From an uncultured Clostridia bacterium (GTDB lineage Bacteria > Bacillota > Clostridia > TANB77 > CAG-508), in the NCBI GenBank assembly GCA_934154805.1, contig CAKPGM010000001.1, positions 74,711-138,710 on the forward strand: a stretch of DNA of 64,000 bases. The letters are read 5' to 3'. The notes under the pieces were generated by a model, which saw nothing but the letters and a program-made list of their open reading frames with translations, was not told the origin of the DNA and made no database searches. Shown here one piece after another: positions 27,350-37,092 of the stretch. Every line of letters starts with the position of its first letter. Positions within the stretch are counted from its first letter, which is position 1. The translations under genes were made by a program, and so were the position numbers.

Positions 27350-28495
27350 ATGAAAAAAATTTTGTTATTTTATGCATCTTTTGGTGGTGGGCATTTGTCT
27401 GCAGCAAATTCAATAAAACAATGTATTGACGAAAATTTTTCTGATTGTGAAACGAAATTAGTTGATTGTATGTTATATGTTAATAAACCAATAAACGCTA
27501 TTTCTATTACAGCTTATAAAGAAATGGCAAAAAAATTTCCTTGGGTTTGGGGTGATATTTATGCTCATACTCAAAAAGGACCACTTGCCAGAATCAGCTC
27601 AACTTCAAATAATTTAATGGCTAAAAAATTATTAAAATTATTAAAAGAATATCAACCTGATGTTGTCATTTCAACTCATCCATTCGGAAGTCAAATGGTT
27701 AGTTATCTAAAGAGAAAGGCTTTAATTGATTGCAAGCTTGCAACAATTTTGACTGATTTTGCACCTCATGAGCAGTGGCTAATTGGTTCTGATTATGTTG
27801 ATTACCTTTTTGTTTCTCACGAGAAATTAAGACAAGAATTAATAAATACTGGAATAGACTCAAACAAAGTTTTTGCGACTGGTATTCCTTTATCTAATAG
27901 ATTTTTAATGCATTATAATAAGGAAGAAATAAAGCATTCTTTCGGATTAGACTTAAATAAAAAGGTTATATTGTTCTTTGGTGGTGGAGAGTTTGGTCTT
28001 GGTCGTGAAGTAACAATAAAAATATTGTCTGCTTTTATTCATAACATAAAAGATCACCAGATTGTTGCCATCGCTGGAAAAAATGAAAAAATGCGTGAAG
28101 AATTTAATTCTTTAGTAGAACAAGAACACTCTGAAGATATTGTAACTGTACTTTCTTATACAAATCAAGTTCCAGAACTTATGAGTATATCTGATTTGGT
28201 TGTCACAAAACCTGGTGGACTTACTTCTACAGAAAGCTTATCTTCTGGCTTGCCCATGGTTTTAATCAACCCTATTCCTGGTCAAGAAGAAGAAAATGCT
28301 GAATTTTTAGAGAACTCTGGGGTTGCCGTTTGGCTAAGAAAAAATAGTGATTTCGAAGCAGAGATTTCAAAATTATTGTCTGATAAAGATAAACTACATA
28401 AAATGAAACTTAATACTAAGCTTTTAGCCAAAAAACATTCTACAAGAGATATTTGTGATATTATTCTTAAAGATAAAAAGACAGAGCTGATGTAA
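27350..28495 (+). CDS. MGDG-synthase/GT28-family diacylglycerol glycosyltransferase (UgtP-like)
   Basis: 381 aa. FGGGHLSAA N-terminal motif and KPGGLTSTES C-terminal motif. Confidence 0.8.
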   Translation: MKKILLFYASFGGGHLSAANSIKQCIDENFSDCETKLVDCMLYVNKPINAISITAYKEMAKKFPWVWGDIYAHTQKGPLARISSTSNNLMAKKLLKLLKEYQPDVVISTHPFGSQMVSYLKRKALIDCKLATILTDFAPHEQWLIGSDYVDYLFVSHEKLRQELINTGIDSNKVFATGIPLSNRFLMHYNKEEIKHSFGLDLNKKVILFFGGGEFGLGREVTIKILSAFIHNIKDHQIVAIAGKNEKMREEFNSLVEQEHSEDIVTVLSYTNQVPELMSISDLVVTKPGGLTSTESLSSGLPMVLINPIPGQEEENAEFLENSGVAVWLRKNSDFEAEISKLLSDKDKLHKMKLNTKLLAKKHSTRDICDIILKDKKTELM

Positions 28496-28520
28496 AATAA
28501 ATTACATCAGCTATCTTTTT
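28485..28520. terminator. bidirectional terminator
   Basis: 11-bp stem agctgatgtaa / ttacatcagct between convergent genes. Confidence 0.7.
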
Positions 28521-29556
28521 ATTTCTTTATTAGTTCATATTGTTCTTCTTTTTCTTCCGCATTAATTTTCAAATACATTTTTTCTGTAATCATATCGCTC
28601 TTTAATGGAAATTTGCAAATTACTTTTTCTTTATTTTTTGCATCAAAGTTCATTATTTTTGTTTTATATTCTTTCCCATTATTATCGATTATACTTATTT
28701 CTAATCTTAATTTATTATCTTCTTTTATATTAGCTACAAAAGTGGTACTTGTACTGGTTACCATCATTTTTTCAATATCAACATATGAATTTTCTTTTAT
28801 TTTATATTCTACTACGTCTTCATTATAGAATTTCTCTGGTATATTTAATTCTATATTCCATTCACTATTTGATAGTGCCTTATATCTTCCATTTTCTTTG
28901 TTATACCCTACTCCTACTACCTGTATATATAATTTTTTAGCTTTAGGAAAATAATCTTTTGCTGACATTAGTTCACTTATTACTATATTATCTTCTTTTT
29001 TCGTTATATATGTTTGTTGACCTTCTAGTAGATGGTTTTCTATATTATTATCATCTTTTAGATTATTTTTTTTCATAAATTCTTTTAATATATTTCGATT
29101 AGTTCCACTTTCTATGTGATATACTTCATTTTCTTCATTATATATAATATAAGAGTATTTTATGTTTTTATTTTCTAGGTTTACTTTGTCATTCAGTTTG
29201 AAATCTAGCACAAAATTTATATCATTATTTGACATTAAAAACGAATTTATTTTTAATCCTATTCCATCAGAGTATGAATACTTCATATCTAAATTTTCTA
29301 TATATCCATCTTCTATTGCTTCTGATATGCTCTGAGTTATGTATGTTGCTTTTCTATCACTAAAACTTTGAACTAGATCTTTTGCTTTTACTCCTCCAAG
29401 AGTTATTCCTCCTATTGCCAAAAGGATTATTGCAACTTTTTTTAGATTTGTTTTCTTTTTTTCTACTTTTTGTTCTTCTTGAAATTTAGATATAGCTATA
29501 TTTAGTTTTATATTATCAAGTAGTTCTTTTTCAAAATTTTTATTTTCCATAACCAT
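28519..29556 (-). CDS. putative anti-sigma factor, single TM (DUF4179-like)
   Basis: 345 aa. Overlaps the ECF sigma gene by 17 nt. TM segment VAIILLAIGGITLGGV. Confidence 0.55.
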   Translation of the reverse strand: MVMENKNFEKELLDNIKLNIAISKFQEEQKVEKKKTNLKKVAIILLAIGGITLGGVKAKDLVQSFSDRKATYITQSISEAIEDGYIENLDMKYSYSDGIGLKINSFLMSNNDINFVLDFKLNDKVNLENKNIKYSYIIYNEENEVYHIESGTNRNILKEFMKKNNLKDDNNIENHLLEGQQTYITKKEDNIVISELMSAKDYFPKAKKLYIQVVGVGYNKENGRYKALSNSEWNIELNIPEKFYNEDVVEYKIKENSYVDIEKMMVTSTSTTFVANIKEDNKLRLEISIIDNNGKEYKTKIMNFDAKNKEKVICKFPLKSDMITEKMYLKINAEEKEEQYELIKK

Positions 29557-30082
29557 ATCCTCCTTCCATTAAAGCTTTTTTTAACCTTTTTCTTATTCTG
29601 TGCAGTCTCGTTTTTATGTTTGTTTCAGAAGAATTTAATTTATTAGCAATTTCTTTTATGCTCATAGAATTATAATAATATAGTACAAAAATTTTATTAT
29701 CTTCTTGTTTCATAGTATTTAATTCTTTTGATATTATTTTATTTTTCTCTCCTTGTTCAATGATTTCATTTATATCTGTAAAATTTTCTATATTATACTC
29801 TTCTATGTTGTAGGTGAACTTGATGTTTCTACTTTTATTTTTTATAGCATTTTTAGTCACTCCTACTATATACGGTTTTAAAGGTAATTCTTCTTTTAGT
29901 TTTTCTCTGTTATTCCAAACTGCCATAAAAACATCTAATAATATTTCTTCAGTATCTTCATTTGATATGTTCTTCGAGATATTTTTTATTATCTTGTACA
30001 CGTAGTTGCTGTATTGTGCAACTATGTCTTCTATAGCAAGTTCGTTGTTATTTTTATAATTACTAATTAAATCTTCTTTCAC
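29540..30082 (-). CDS. ECF-type RNA polymerase sigma-70 factor
   Basis: 180 aa. Region 2 (YVYKIIKN..EDTEEILLDVFMAVW) and region 4 HTH (MSIKEIANKLNSSETNIKTRLHRIRKRL). Confidence 0.85.
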   Translation of the reverse strand: MKEDLISNYKNNNELAIEDIVAQYSNYVYKIIKNISKNISNEDTEEILLDVFMAVWNNREKLKEELPLKPYIVGVTKNAIKNKSRNIKFTYNIEEYNIENFTDINEIIEQGEKNKIISKELNTMKQEDNKIFVLYYYNSMSIKEIANKLNSSETNIKTRLHRIRKRLKKALMEGGYGYGK

Positions 30083-30159
30083 TTTATATATAAATCCCCT
30101 TTCTCCTTAGATATTTATACATATATTAGCAATTTCATTAAAAAGGTTACATTTTATTA

Positions 30160-30187
30160 ATAAAAAAATAGCTAGTTTTCTAGCTAT
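30160..30187 (-). terminator. rho-independent terminator after recR
   Basis: atagctag tttt ctagctat stem, then a T-run on the minus strand. Confidence 0.7.
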
Positions 30188-30786
30188 TATAATTGTACCC
30201 TTCCTTCCAATGCTCTACTTAGTGTTACTTCATCTGTGTACTCTAAGTCGCCTCCAACTGGAATTCCGTGTGCTATTCTTGTTACTTTTACTCCTAGCGG
30301 TTTTACTAATTTTGAAATATACATTGCAGTTGCTTCACCCTCTACTCGTGGGTTTGTTGCAAGTATTACTTCTTTAACTTTTCCGTCCATTAGTCTTGCT
30401 AGTAGTTCTTTAATTTTAATATCATCCGGTCCAACTCCATTCATTGGAGAAATTGAACCGTGTAAAACATGATATACTCCTTTAAATTCGTGAGTTTTTT
30501 CCATTGCTACAACATCTCTAACATCTTCTACAACACATATAACAGATTCATCTCTTGCTTTATTACTGCATATTGGACATATTTCACTGTCTGAAATGTT
30601 GTAACATTTTGAACAATATTTTAAGTTTTTCTTTGCATTTTGTATGTTTGAAATAAATTCGTTTGTTTCCTCTTCACTTGCATTTAATATGTAGAATGCT
30701 AGTCTAGCAGCTGTTTTATTGCCTATACTTGGCAATTTCTCAAAGCTTTCTATTAATTTTTCTATTGATGGTGAATAATATGACAT
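30187..30786 (-). CDS. recR: recombination protein RecR
   Basis: 199 aa. [16 protein letters not shown] zinc finger and Toprim domain. Confidence 0.95.
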   Translation of the reverse strand: MSYYSPSIEKLIESFEKLPSIGNKTAARLAFYILNASEEETNEFISNIQNAKKNLKYCSKCYNISDSEICPICSNKARDESVICVVEDVRDVVAMEKTHEFKGVYHVLHGSISPMNGVGPDDIKIKELLARLMDGKVKEVILATNPRVEGEATAMYISKLVKPLGVKVTRIAHGIPVGGDLEYTDEVTLSRALEGRVQL

Positions 30787-30798
30787 ATATTGCTCCTA

Positions 30799-31143
30799 CT
30801 ACATTAATCCTGGTATGTTGTATTTTCCAAGTGATGCTGCTTGAGCGTCATCTACTTGTTTTAGTGCGTTGTTTACGCAAGTTGTAATTAAATCTTCTAA
30901 CATTTCTACATCCTCTGGATCAAGTACTTCTGGTTTTATTTTTAATTCTTTTATTTCTTTTCTTCCTGAAACTTTGACCTTTACAGCCTCTCCACCTGCT
31001 GAAGCTTCAAATTCTTTTTCTGCTAATTCTTCTTGTGATTTTTCCATATCCGATTGCATTTTTTTAGCTTCTTTCATTAATTGATTTAGATTCATTCCTC
31101 CAAATCCTCCACCCATTCCTGGGAATCCTCCTCTTTTTGACAT
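30799..31143 (-). CDS. ybaB: nucleoid-associated protein YbaB/EbfC
   Basis: 114 aa. Canonical dnaX-ybaB-recR synteny. Confidence 0.9.
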   Translation of the reverse strand: MSKRGGFPGMGGGFGGMNLNQLMKEAKKMQSDMEKSQEELAEKEFEASAGGEAVKVKVSGRKEIKELKIKPEVLDPEDVEMLEDLITTCVNNALKQVDDAQAASLGKYNIPGLM

Positions 31144-31159
31144 TTTAAATTCCTCCTTG

Positions 31160-32788
31160 TTATTCTATTATATTTATTGGTGCATCAATGTCTTTAGCAA
31201 TATTACTAAATTTATCTGATGATGATGCGATTGTGTCATTATTGTCTAATAGTACAACCCTCATTGGTTGCGCCATTTCTATGGATACTTGCCTTACTAT
31301 TTCGTTCATATTTTCTGGACGCTCTAGTATTGTCTTTCCAAAAGGTGTTATTCCTCTTTCAAATTTAATTCCAACAGTCATATCATTTATTTTGTTGGCT
31401 GTTGAGTTTAATAAATTTGTATAAAGTGAAATTTTTCCTGCTTGTTTAATTTGATCTACTATCTTTGGCCAATTCTCCACTGGTTCACCTAGCTTAACTG
31501 TGTCTATTTTTTTTATTTCTGGTTTAAATTCTAATTTTGGTTGATTTACAGTCTTGTTTTCCACATTTTGTACAGAATTGTTGACAACTGTTTTTGTGTT
31601 TTTCATTAATGTTAATTCTTTTTCCAGCCTATTCATTTTATATTGTAGATCTTCTATTTCTTTAGAATTTATTGTTGGTGTTCCACCTGTAGCTTGTGTG
31701 GTAGATGTTTCATTACAAAGTTTTATTATTGCAACTTGAAACATTATTAGCTTTTGTGATGACCATTTTATATCATTTTCTAAGTTTGATAATTCAAAGA
31801 TAATTGATACTAATCTGTCTTTTTCTGTGCCATCTGCTAATTCTTTGATTTTTGCTTTTTCATCTTCATTGTATATTTCTAGTTTGTTATTTACTTTATA
31901 TACCAAAATATCTTTTACATATTTTATTATTTCCCATAGAAAATTTGTTATATCTTTTCCTTCTGCTATTATTTCATCTATTGATTGAAGTGCTGTCTGA
32001 GTATCTTTTTCTAATATACTTTTTACTATTTTATTTACACTCTCTGTTTTTGGAATCCCTACTAATTCTTTAACTACGCTATCTGTAATCGTTCCTTCTT
32101 CTTGCAAGCATCTTTCCAAAATACTTAAAGCATCTCTCATTGCACCTTCTGCAAGCACAGCTATTAATTGTTTTGCTTCGTCTGTAATATCTATTTTGCT
32201 TTCCTTGCAAACGAAGTTTAATCTTTTTTCTATGTCTGCATTTGATATTTTTTTGAAGTCAAATCTTTGACATCTCGAAAGTATTGTTGCAGGTAGCTTT
32301 TGTGGTTCTGTTGTTGCTAGTATGAATTTAACGTGTGCAGGTGGCTCTTCTAGTGTTTTTAGCAAAGCATTAAAAGCTCCTGTAGAAAGCATATGTACCT
32401 CATCAATGATATATACTCTATATTTTGCTACTGTTGGTAAAAAGTTTACTTCATCCCTTATCGCTCTAACATCTTCTACGCTATTGTTTGATGCAGCATC
32501 CATCTCTACTATGTCTGTTAATGAACCATCTAATGCCGCTTTGCATATTTCACATTCGTTACAAGGCTCTCCGTCTTTAGGATTTAAACAGTTTACTGCT
32601 CTTGCCAAAATTTTAGCAGCAGATGTTTTTCCTGTTCCTCTACCTCCATTAAATAAATACGCGTGCCCAATTCTTCCATTAATAATCTCGTTTTTTAATG
32701 TTCTGACAATATGTTCTTGCCCAACTATTTCATCAAAAGTTAGTGGTCTAAATTTTCTATATAAAGCCGTATATTCCAACTTTTTCAC
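31160..32788 (-). CDS. dnaX: DNA polymerase III subunits gamma/tau
   Basis: 542 aa. GHAYLFNGGRGTGKTS and the zinc module CNECEIC. Confidence 0.95.
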   Translation of the reverse strand: MKKLEYTALYRKFRPLTFDEIVGQEHIVRTLKNEIINGRIGHAYLFNGGRGTGKTSAAKILARAVNCLNPKDGEPCNECEICKAALDGSLTDIVEMDAASNNSVEDVRAIRDEVNFLPTVAKYRVYIIDEVHMLSTGAFNALLKTLEEPPAHVKFILATTEPQKLPATILSRCQRFDFKKISNADIEKRLNFVCKESKIDITDEAKQLIAVLAEGAMRDALSILERCLQEEGTITDSVVKELVGIPKTESVNKIVKSILEKDTQTALQSIDEIIAEGKDITNFLWEIIKYVKDILVYKVNNKLEIYNEDEKAKIKELADGTEKDRLVSIIFELSNLENDIKWSSQKLIMFQVAIIKLCNETSTTQATGGTPTINSKEIEDLQYKMNRLEKELTLMKNTKTVVNNSVQNVENKTVNQPKLEFKPEIKKIDTVKLGEPVENWPKIVDQIKQAGKISLYTNLLNSTANKINDMTVGIKFERGITPFGKTILERPENMNEIVRQVSIEMAQPMRVVLLDNNDTIASSSDKFSNIAKDIDAPINIIE

Positions 32789-32810
32789 CCCACTATTTAT
32801 ATTTTAAAAA

Positions 32811-32949
32811 AGTATGAGCTTCTAACTTCTCTATGGAGAGCATCCCACATAGAGGAGTTCTGTTTATTGCTGCTTCCTTCCGGACCTGACAAGATTCGCA
32901 GTTCTCTATCGAGATACTTTCCATACAAAAGTTAGATATATCTCATACC
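32811..32949 (-). ncRNA. ffs: signal recognition particle RNA (ffs); ends approximate
   Basis: The minus strand contains the conserved domain IV motif GTCAGGTCCGGAAGGAAGCAGC (32890-32869). Terminal helix GGTATGAG.../...CTCATACT. Canonical position upstream of dnaX. Confidence 0.8.
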
Positions 32950-32980
32950 TTTTGCATTATATACTATTTTTATTATTTTA

Positions 32981-33754
32981 TCAAGATATTTGCTTTAATA
33001 TGTTATTATTTTCTCGTTTAAATACAATATCTTTCATGTCTGTTATTTCATAGCTTGTTTTACCATCTTGGCAGATATCTCCATATGGTAATTCTAAGTT
33101 TACTCTTGCTTTATAGTTTATTTTGTCTATTTTCATTATTATATCAAATGATACTTTAAATTTTATTTCTTCTAACGTTGCTCCCGCCTTTGTTATTAGC
33201 TTTCCGTCGTGAACAATTTCTTCATCCGTATCTGATATAAATTTTCCTATATCGGAATTAGAGATTCTTAACATTGCAGAACCACCTTTGTTGCCAATTT
33301 CTAGTGTTTTTGGATTACTTACTTTTCCTCCTATATATTCTAGTTTATCTTCTACTATATAGGAATCTTCATTTATAAAGAGTCTTCCATCAACGCTACT
33401 TGGCATTATTGCTTTTATTGTTCCTTTCGTCGGAGCTTTAGTTACCTGAATGTTTTGTATTGTAAATGAGTTAATTATTTTGTCTTTTGAGAATCCTTCA
33501 TTTTCATCTACAAAGAAATATATATCATTATTTTGATTTATACTTAAATTCCACTTTGCTGTTTCTTCTGTGTTTTCTTGATTTTGAACTCCTTCTGCAG
33601 TGCTTATTACTGTAATTTTAGAAAGCTTGTATGGCATATTCTTTTCGCCTTCTAATTGATATTGTAGAACTATAATAAATACTATTATGATAATAGTTAA
33701 TAAAATTGCTAGAGCTATACTCATTTTTATTTTATCCTTCATATCTGTATTCAT
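32981..33754 (-). CDS. hypothetical membrane-anchored extracytoplasmic protein
   Basis: 257 aa. One N-terminal TM segment (MSIALAILLTIIIIVFIIVL), then a beta-rich domain. No family recognised. Confidence 0.5.
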   Translation of the reverse strand: MNTDMKDKIKMSIALAILLTIIIIVFIIVLQYQLEGEKNMPYKLSKITVISTAEGVQNQENTEETAKWNLSINQNNDIYFFVDENEGFSKDKIINSFTIQNIQVTKAPTKGTIKAIMPSSVDGRLFINEDSYIVEDKLEYIGGKVSNPKTLEIGNKGGSAMLRISNSDIGKFISDTDEEIVHDGKLITKAGATLEEIKFKVSFDIIMKIDKINYKARVNLELPYGDICQDGKTSYEITDMKDIVFKRENNNILKQIS

Positions 33755-33773
33755 TTTTCCTCCATTGTTGTTT

Positions 33774-33866
33774 TGGCGGAGATGGTGGGATTCGAACCCA
33801 CGGGCCAGCTTTCACTGGCTAACTGATTTCGAGTCAGCCTCGTTATGACCACTTCGATACATCTCC
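33774..33866 (-). tRNA. tRNA-Ser (anticodon CGA)
   Basis: The minus strand reads GGAGATGTATCGAAGTGGTC...GGCTGACTCGAAATCAGTT + long variable arm GCCAGTGAAAGCTGGC + GGGTTCGAATCCC...CTCCGCCA. Confidence 0.9.
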
Positions 33867-33884
33867 ATTATATTCTATTCCATT

Positions 33885-33912
33885 ATTATATCAAAAGAAT
33901 CTGAAATGTCAA
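33885..33912 (-). promoter_or_regulatory. near-consensus promoter TTGACA-16 nt-TATAAT for tRNA-Ser
   Basis: -35 = 33912-33907, -10 = 33890-33885. The -10 ends 18 nt before the tRNA 5' end. Confidence 0.6.
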
Positions 33913-33924
33913 ATTTGTTTTTTG

Positions 33925-33974
33925 GACAAAAAACTACTGACAAAATATATATTTTATACTCTGTCAGTAGTTTA
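33925..33974 (-). terminator. rho-independent terminator after the Big_2 surface protein gene
   Basis: 12-bp stem aaactactgaca / tgtcagtagttt, then a T-run on the minus strand. Confidence 0.7.
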
Positions 33975-33986
33975 AAAAATGATTAT

Positions 33987-35228
33987 TTATTTAACATCTT
34001 TTAATTTTCTGTATTTGATTAGTGCAACTGCGCCTATTCCTAATACTGATATTATTGCTGCAGTTAATCCAATTCCAATACCTGTTTGTGGTATTTTTGT
34101 ATCTGCTACAGTTGGGTCTTTAGTCCCGTTATTGTTATTATTATTGTTTTGGTCGCCATTATTATCTTGACCACCATTTCCAGCTTCAGTTACAGTTACT
34201 GTACAAGTAGCTTTTTTTCTTCCATCTTGTGATGTTACTGTAATTATTGTTGAGCCAACTTTTTTAGGTGTTATTTTACCATTATTATCAACTGTTGCAA
34301 CTGATTCGTCACTTGATGACCAAGTTACTATTTTATTTGTTGCAGTAGTTGGATTAAATGTAACCGTTAATGTTAAAGTTTTACCTAATTCTACTGTTTT
34401 TGTTTTTGGTAACGAAATACCTTCTAGAGCAACATCTGGTACTAGATTATCAACTAATATGTAACCATATACATCTTTAAGATTATCTCCTGAGAAGTAA
34501 ACCCACATATAGTATAATCCTGTATCAGGTACTTGTATAGGGCTTTGAGTATATCCATATCCTGCTACATCTCTACTTCCGTAGATATTACCATTCCAAT
34601 ACTTCCAAGAATTCCAGTTAGATGTTGGAGCATCTGTTTTTAATAAACTCTGCAATTCTTCAAAATTACCATTTGCTGACTTTATTTCTTTATATTTGTT
34701 TATAATATTTTCATCGGTAATTTTTTCATATTGATAATATGATTTACTATTTCCATTATTTCTTAAAGCTACTTCTATACATTCACCTTTAGATGAGCCA
34801 AATTCTCTACCATTGTTTATCACTGTAAGATTAGTTACTTTTAAAAATGGTGTTTTAACATCTACTGCATAAGGTTCTAGAACTAATGTGTCAGCTGATT
34901 TTTCTCTTATTCTTATATATGCTGTATCTGTTGTATCAACTATATTTCTTAAATCTTCTGTATTCATAGCTATATCTACGGTTGCTGTGTTTTCTGTATA
35001 TTCTGTTATTAAGTGCCAAGTTTCTACTTCTGCAGCTGATGTTTTTGTAATTCCAAATTCATATTCTTTAGTTGTATCTAATGTTAGTCCTGTGAAATTA
35101 AATTTCATACTTCCATTATTTGAATATACATTTCTCGTTACTTCTACTGCTGCATTTGAAACATTTGGTATTATAAGTAATACAATGCTTACTAATATTA
35201 TTGCTAATAATATTTTTGTTTTTCTCAT
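33987..35228 (-). CDS. cell-wall-anchored surface protein with Big_2 (bacterial Ig-like) domain and IPQTG sorting signal
   Basis: 413 aa. Signal peptide, Big_2 motif VTWSSSDESVATVDNNGKITPKKVGSTIITV. The C-terminus is KIPQTG + hydrophobic stretch + KYRKLK. Confidence 0.75.
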   Translation of the reverse strand: MRKTKILLAIILVSIVLLIIPNVSNAAVEVTRNVYSNNGSMKFNFTGLTLDTTKEYEFGITKTSAAEVETWHLITEYTENTATVDIAMNTEDLRNIVDTTDTAYIRIREKSADTLVLEPYAVDVKTPFLKVTNLTVINNGREFGSSKGECIEVALRNNGNSKSYYQYEKITDENIINKYKEIKSANGNFEELQSLLKTDAPTSNWNSWKYWNGNIYGSRDVAGYGYTQSPIQVPDTGLYYMWVYFSGDNLKDVYGYILVDNLVPDVALEGISLPKTKTVELGKTLTLTVTFNPTTATNKIVTWSSSDESVATVDNNGKITPKKVGSTIITVTSQDGRKKATCTVTVTEAGNGGQDNNGDQNNNNNNNGTKDPTVADTKIPQTGIGIGLTAAIISVLGIGAVALIKYRKLKDVK

Positions 35229-35428
35229 GTTTCCACCCCCTTTCGCTTTTGTTTCTAAACTCTTTATTTTTTATAAAGTTTATGTTTTCTACCTATCTAT
35301 ATATCACAACAGAAAAAAAAATGCAAGATAAATTGTTGTTTTAGTCTAAATTTTGCCACTTAACTAATTTCACATTTACTCTTGTTACTTTTTTGCCCAA
35401 TAGTAAAGTTACTATTGGGCAAATGTTT

Positions 35429-36692
35429 TTATCTAGGAAATTCTCCCATATTCACTATTGATATGTATTTTTCATTATCTTTTTCTAGTATAATCATTTG
35501 TTCTGCATATTCTAAACTATAACTATCTTCTATATATCCTGTTTCTAGTAATAGCTCGGCTATTTTCCATGCTTTTATTCTTGTAATTTCGTTGTTATCT
35601 TTCTCTATTATAGATGTAATTTCTATTTTTTCGTTATCCCTTAAAATAAATGCTTTTTCAAATATAAGATCTTTATTTTCTTTAATATCATAAAGATAAA
35701 AATAATTTGGTCCATTATCTATTCTTGTAGTTACTGTATATGGTAACATATTTTTATCAACATTTGTTACTTCTATTGATTTTGAATATACTTTTCCCGT
35801 CACCATGTCTTGTACTTTAAATGTATATGTTCCATTCTCTGTTGCCATATATTTATCAGATATTTGATTATCCGGATTTATTATAGTAGCAAGATATAAA
35901 CTTTTTGTTGTTTGGTTAGAACATAAAAGAGTTAGAATTGCTGCTAGATAATCATCAATATTGATATCATTTTTCTCCAAAAAGTTCCAAAAATAATCTT
36001 CCGAATCTTCTTCAAGTTCTCCTTTTTCTTTTAGCCATTTTAAGGCTTCTTGAAATGTTGTACAATTTGCTGATGGGTCTTGTTTATTTACCATCTTTAT
36101 ACACCCATTTCTAATTATTTCTTTCTTTTGATTTTCACTTCTCGAATTTATGAAATTGTTAAGTTCTTCTTTATTTTTGATTATTGTAAATCCCTCTACA
36201 GATTCAACTTTTAATATAACCACTCCTGATTTTTCTGTTGCTGGTGTTTTACTAATGTTTATTTTTACATTTCCGTATTCTATTTGCTTTAATATACTTC
36301 CGTCTCCTCTTTTTATTGTTATTATTTCATTTTCTCTATCTATCTCGTCTTCATTTAAAAGTTTTCTTGCAAGTAAACTTTGTAATACAGCATTTGCATT
36401 TTCTATGCTTTCTCCTGTTTCTGATTTTATAAAATTATTTTGTTTCCATAGTCCAATCTCGTCCTCGACTTGTGATGCTCTTGTTTCTAATTTTGCATCT
36501 TTTGATTTTTGTATTATTCCATTGTTATCTAAAATTAAACTTATGCTTACTCCTGCTAATATCAAAAGCACTACTATTGTTACAACCAAAGCTATTAGCG
36601 TAATTCCGTTTTTTGTTTCTTAATAGTTTATTCATTCTTACTTCTCCTCTCTCTTTAGTTTCTTTTAAATTTTTTAATGTTTCGTTGTCCAT
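35429..36692 (-). pseudogene. prepilin-type (type IV pilin-like) N-terminal signal protein, reading frame broken near 36608-36614
   Basis: Frame A starts at ATG 36692 (RBS AAGGAGAGG) and reads MDNETLKNLKETKERGEVRMNKLLRNKK. Frame B (the listed ORF) continues GITLIALVVTIVVLLILAGVSI..., a classic prepilin hydrophobic segment. The two are joined only by skipping one base in AAAAAA-C-GGA. Confidence 0.65.
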
Positions 36693-37092
36693 TTTTTCCT
36701 CTCCTTTTGTATATCATTTTCTTAAAACAATGTATTTTATAGAGTAAATATTAATTTATCTTTTATTAAATATATAATTTAATAAAAAAATAAATCTTCT
36801 ACAATTCTTTTTTCTCTATGCAAAGCGTTATTATTAATATTTTTATTCCTTCCACTTTTGTAATTTTCAGTATTGATTTTTTCTTACAACTATGCTATAA
36901 ATAGAGATAATAAAATTTAATTAAATTATATATTCAATTAAAATTTTTGCCCACATAAAAAAATCCAACTTTACAGATTTTATCTAATAGTTAGATTTCT
37001 TTTTATTTATAATGTATTTTTATTTTGTTCTCATAGATTTTAGATATGTTTTGTGCTATAATTATAGAAATTTTATAATATGGAGGATTCTT

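Noticed and set aside
36693-37092. 400-bp A+T-rich gap between the prepilin-like gene and dtd, checked for a riboswitch or small RNA
   Set aside because: I could recognise no conserved riboswitch core, T-box specifier or antiterminator, or strong hairpin. It most likely holds divergent promoters only.
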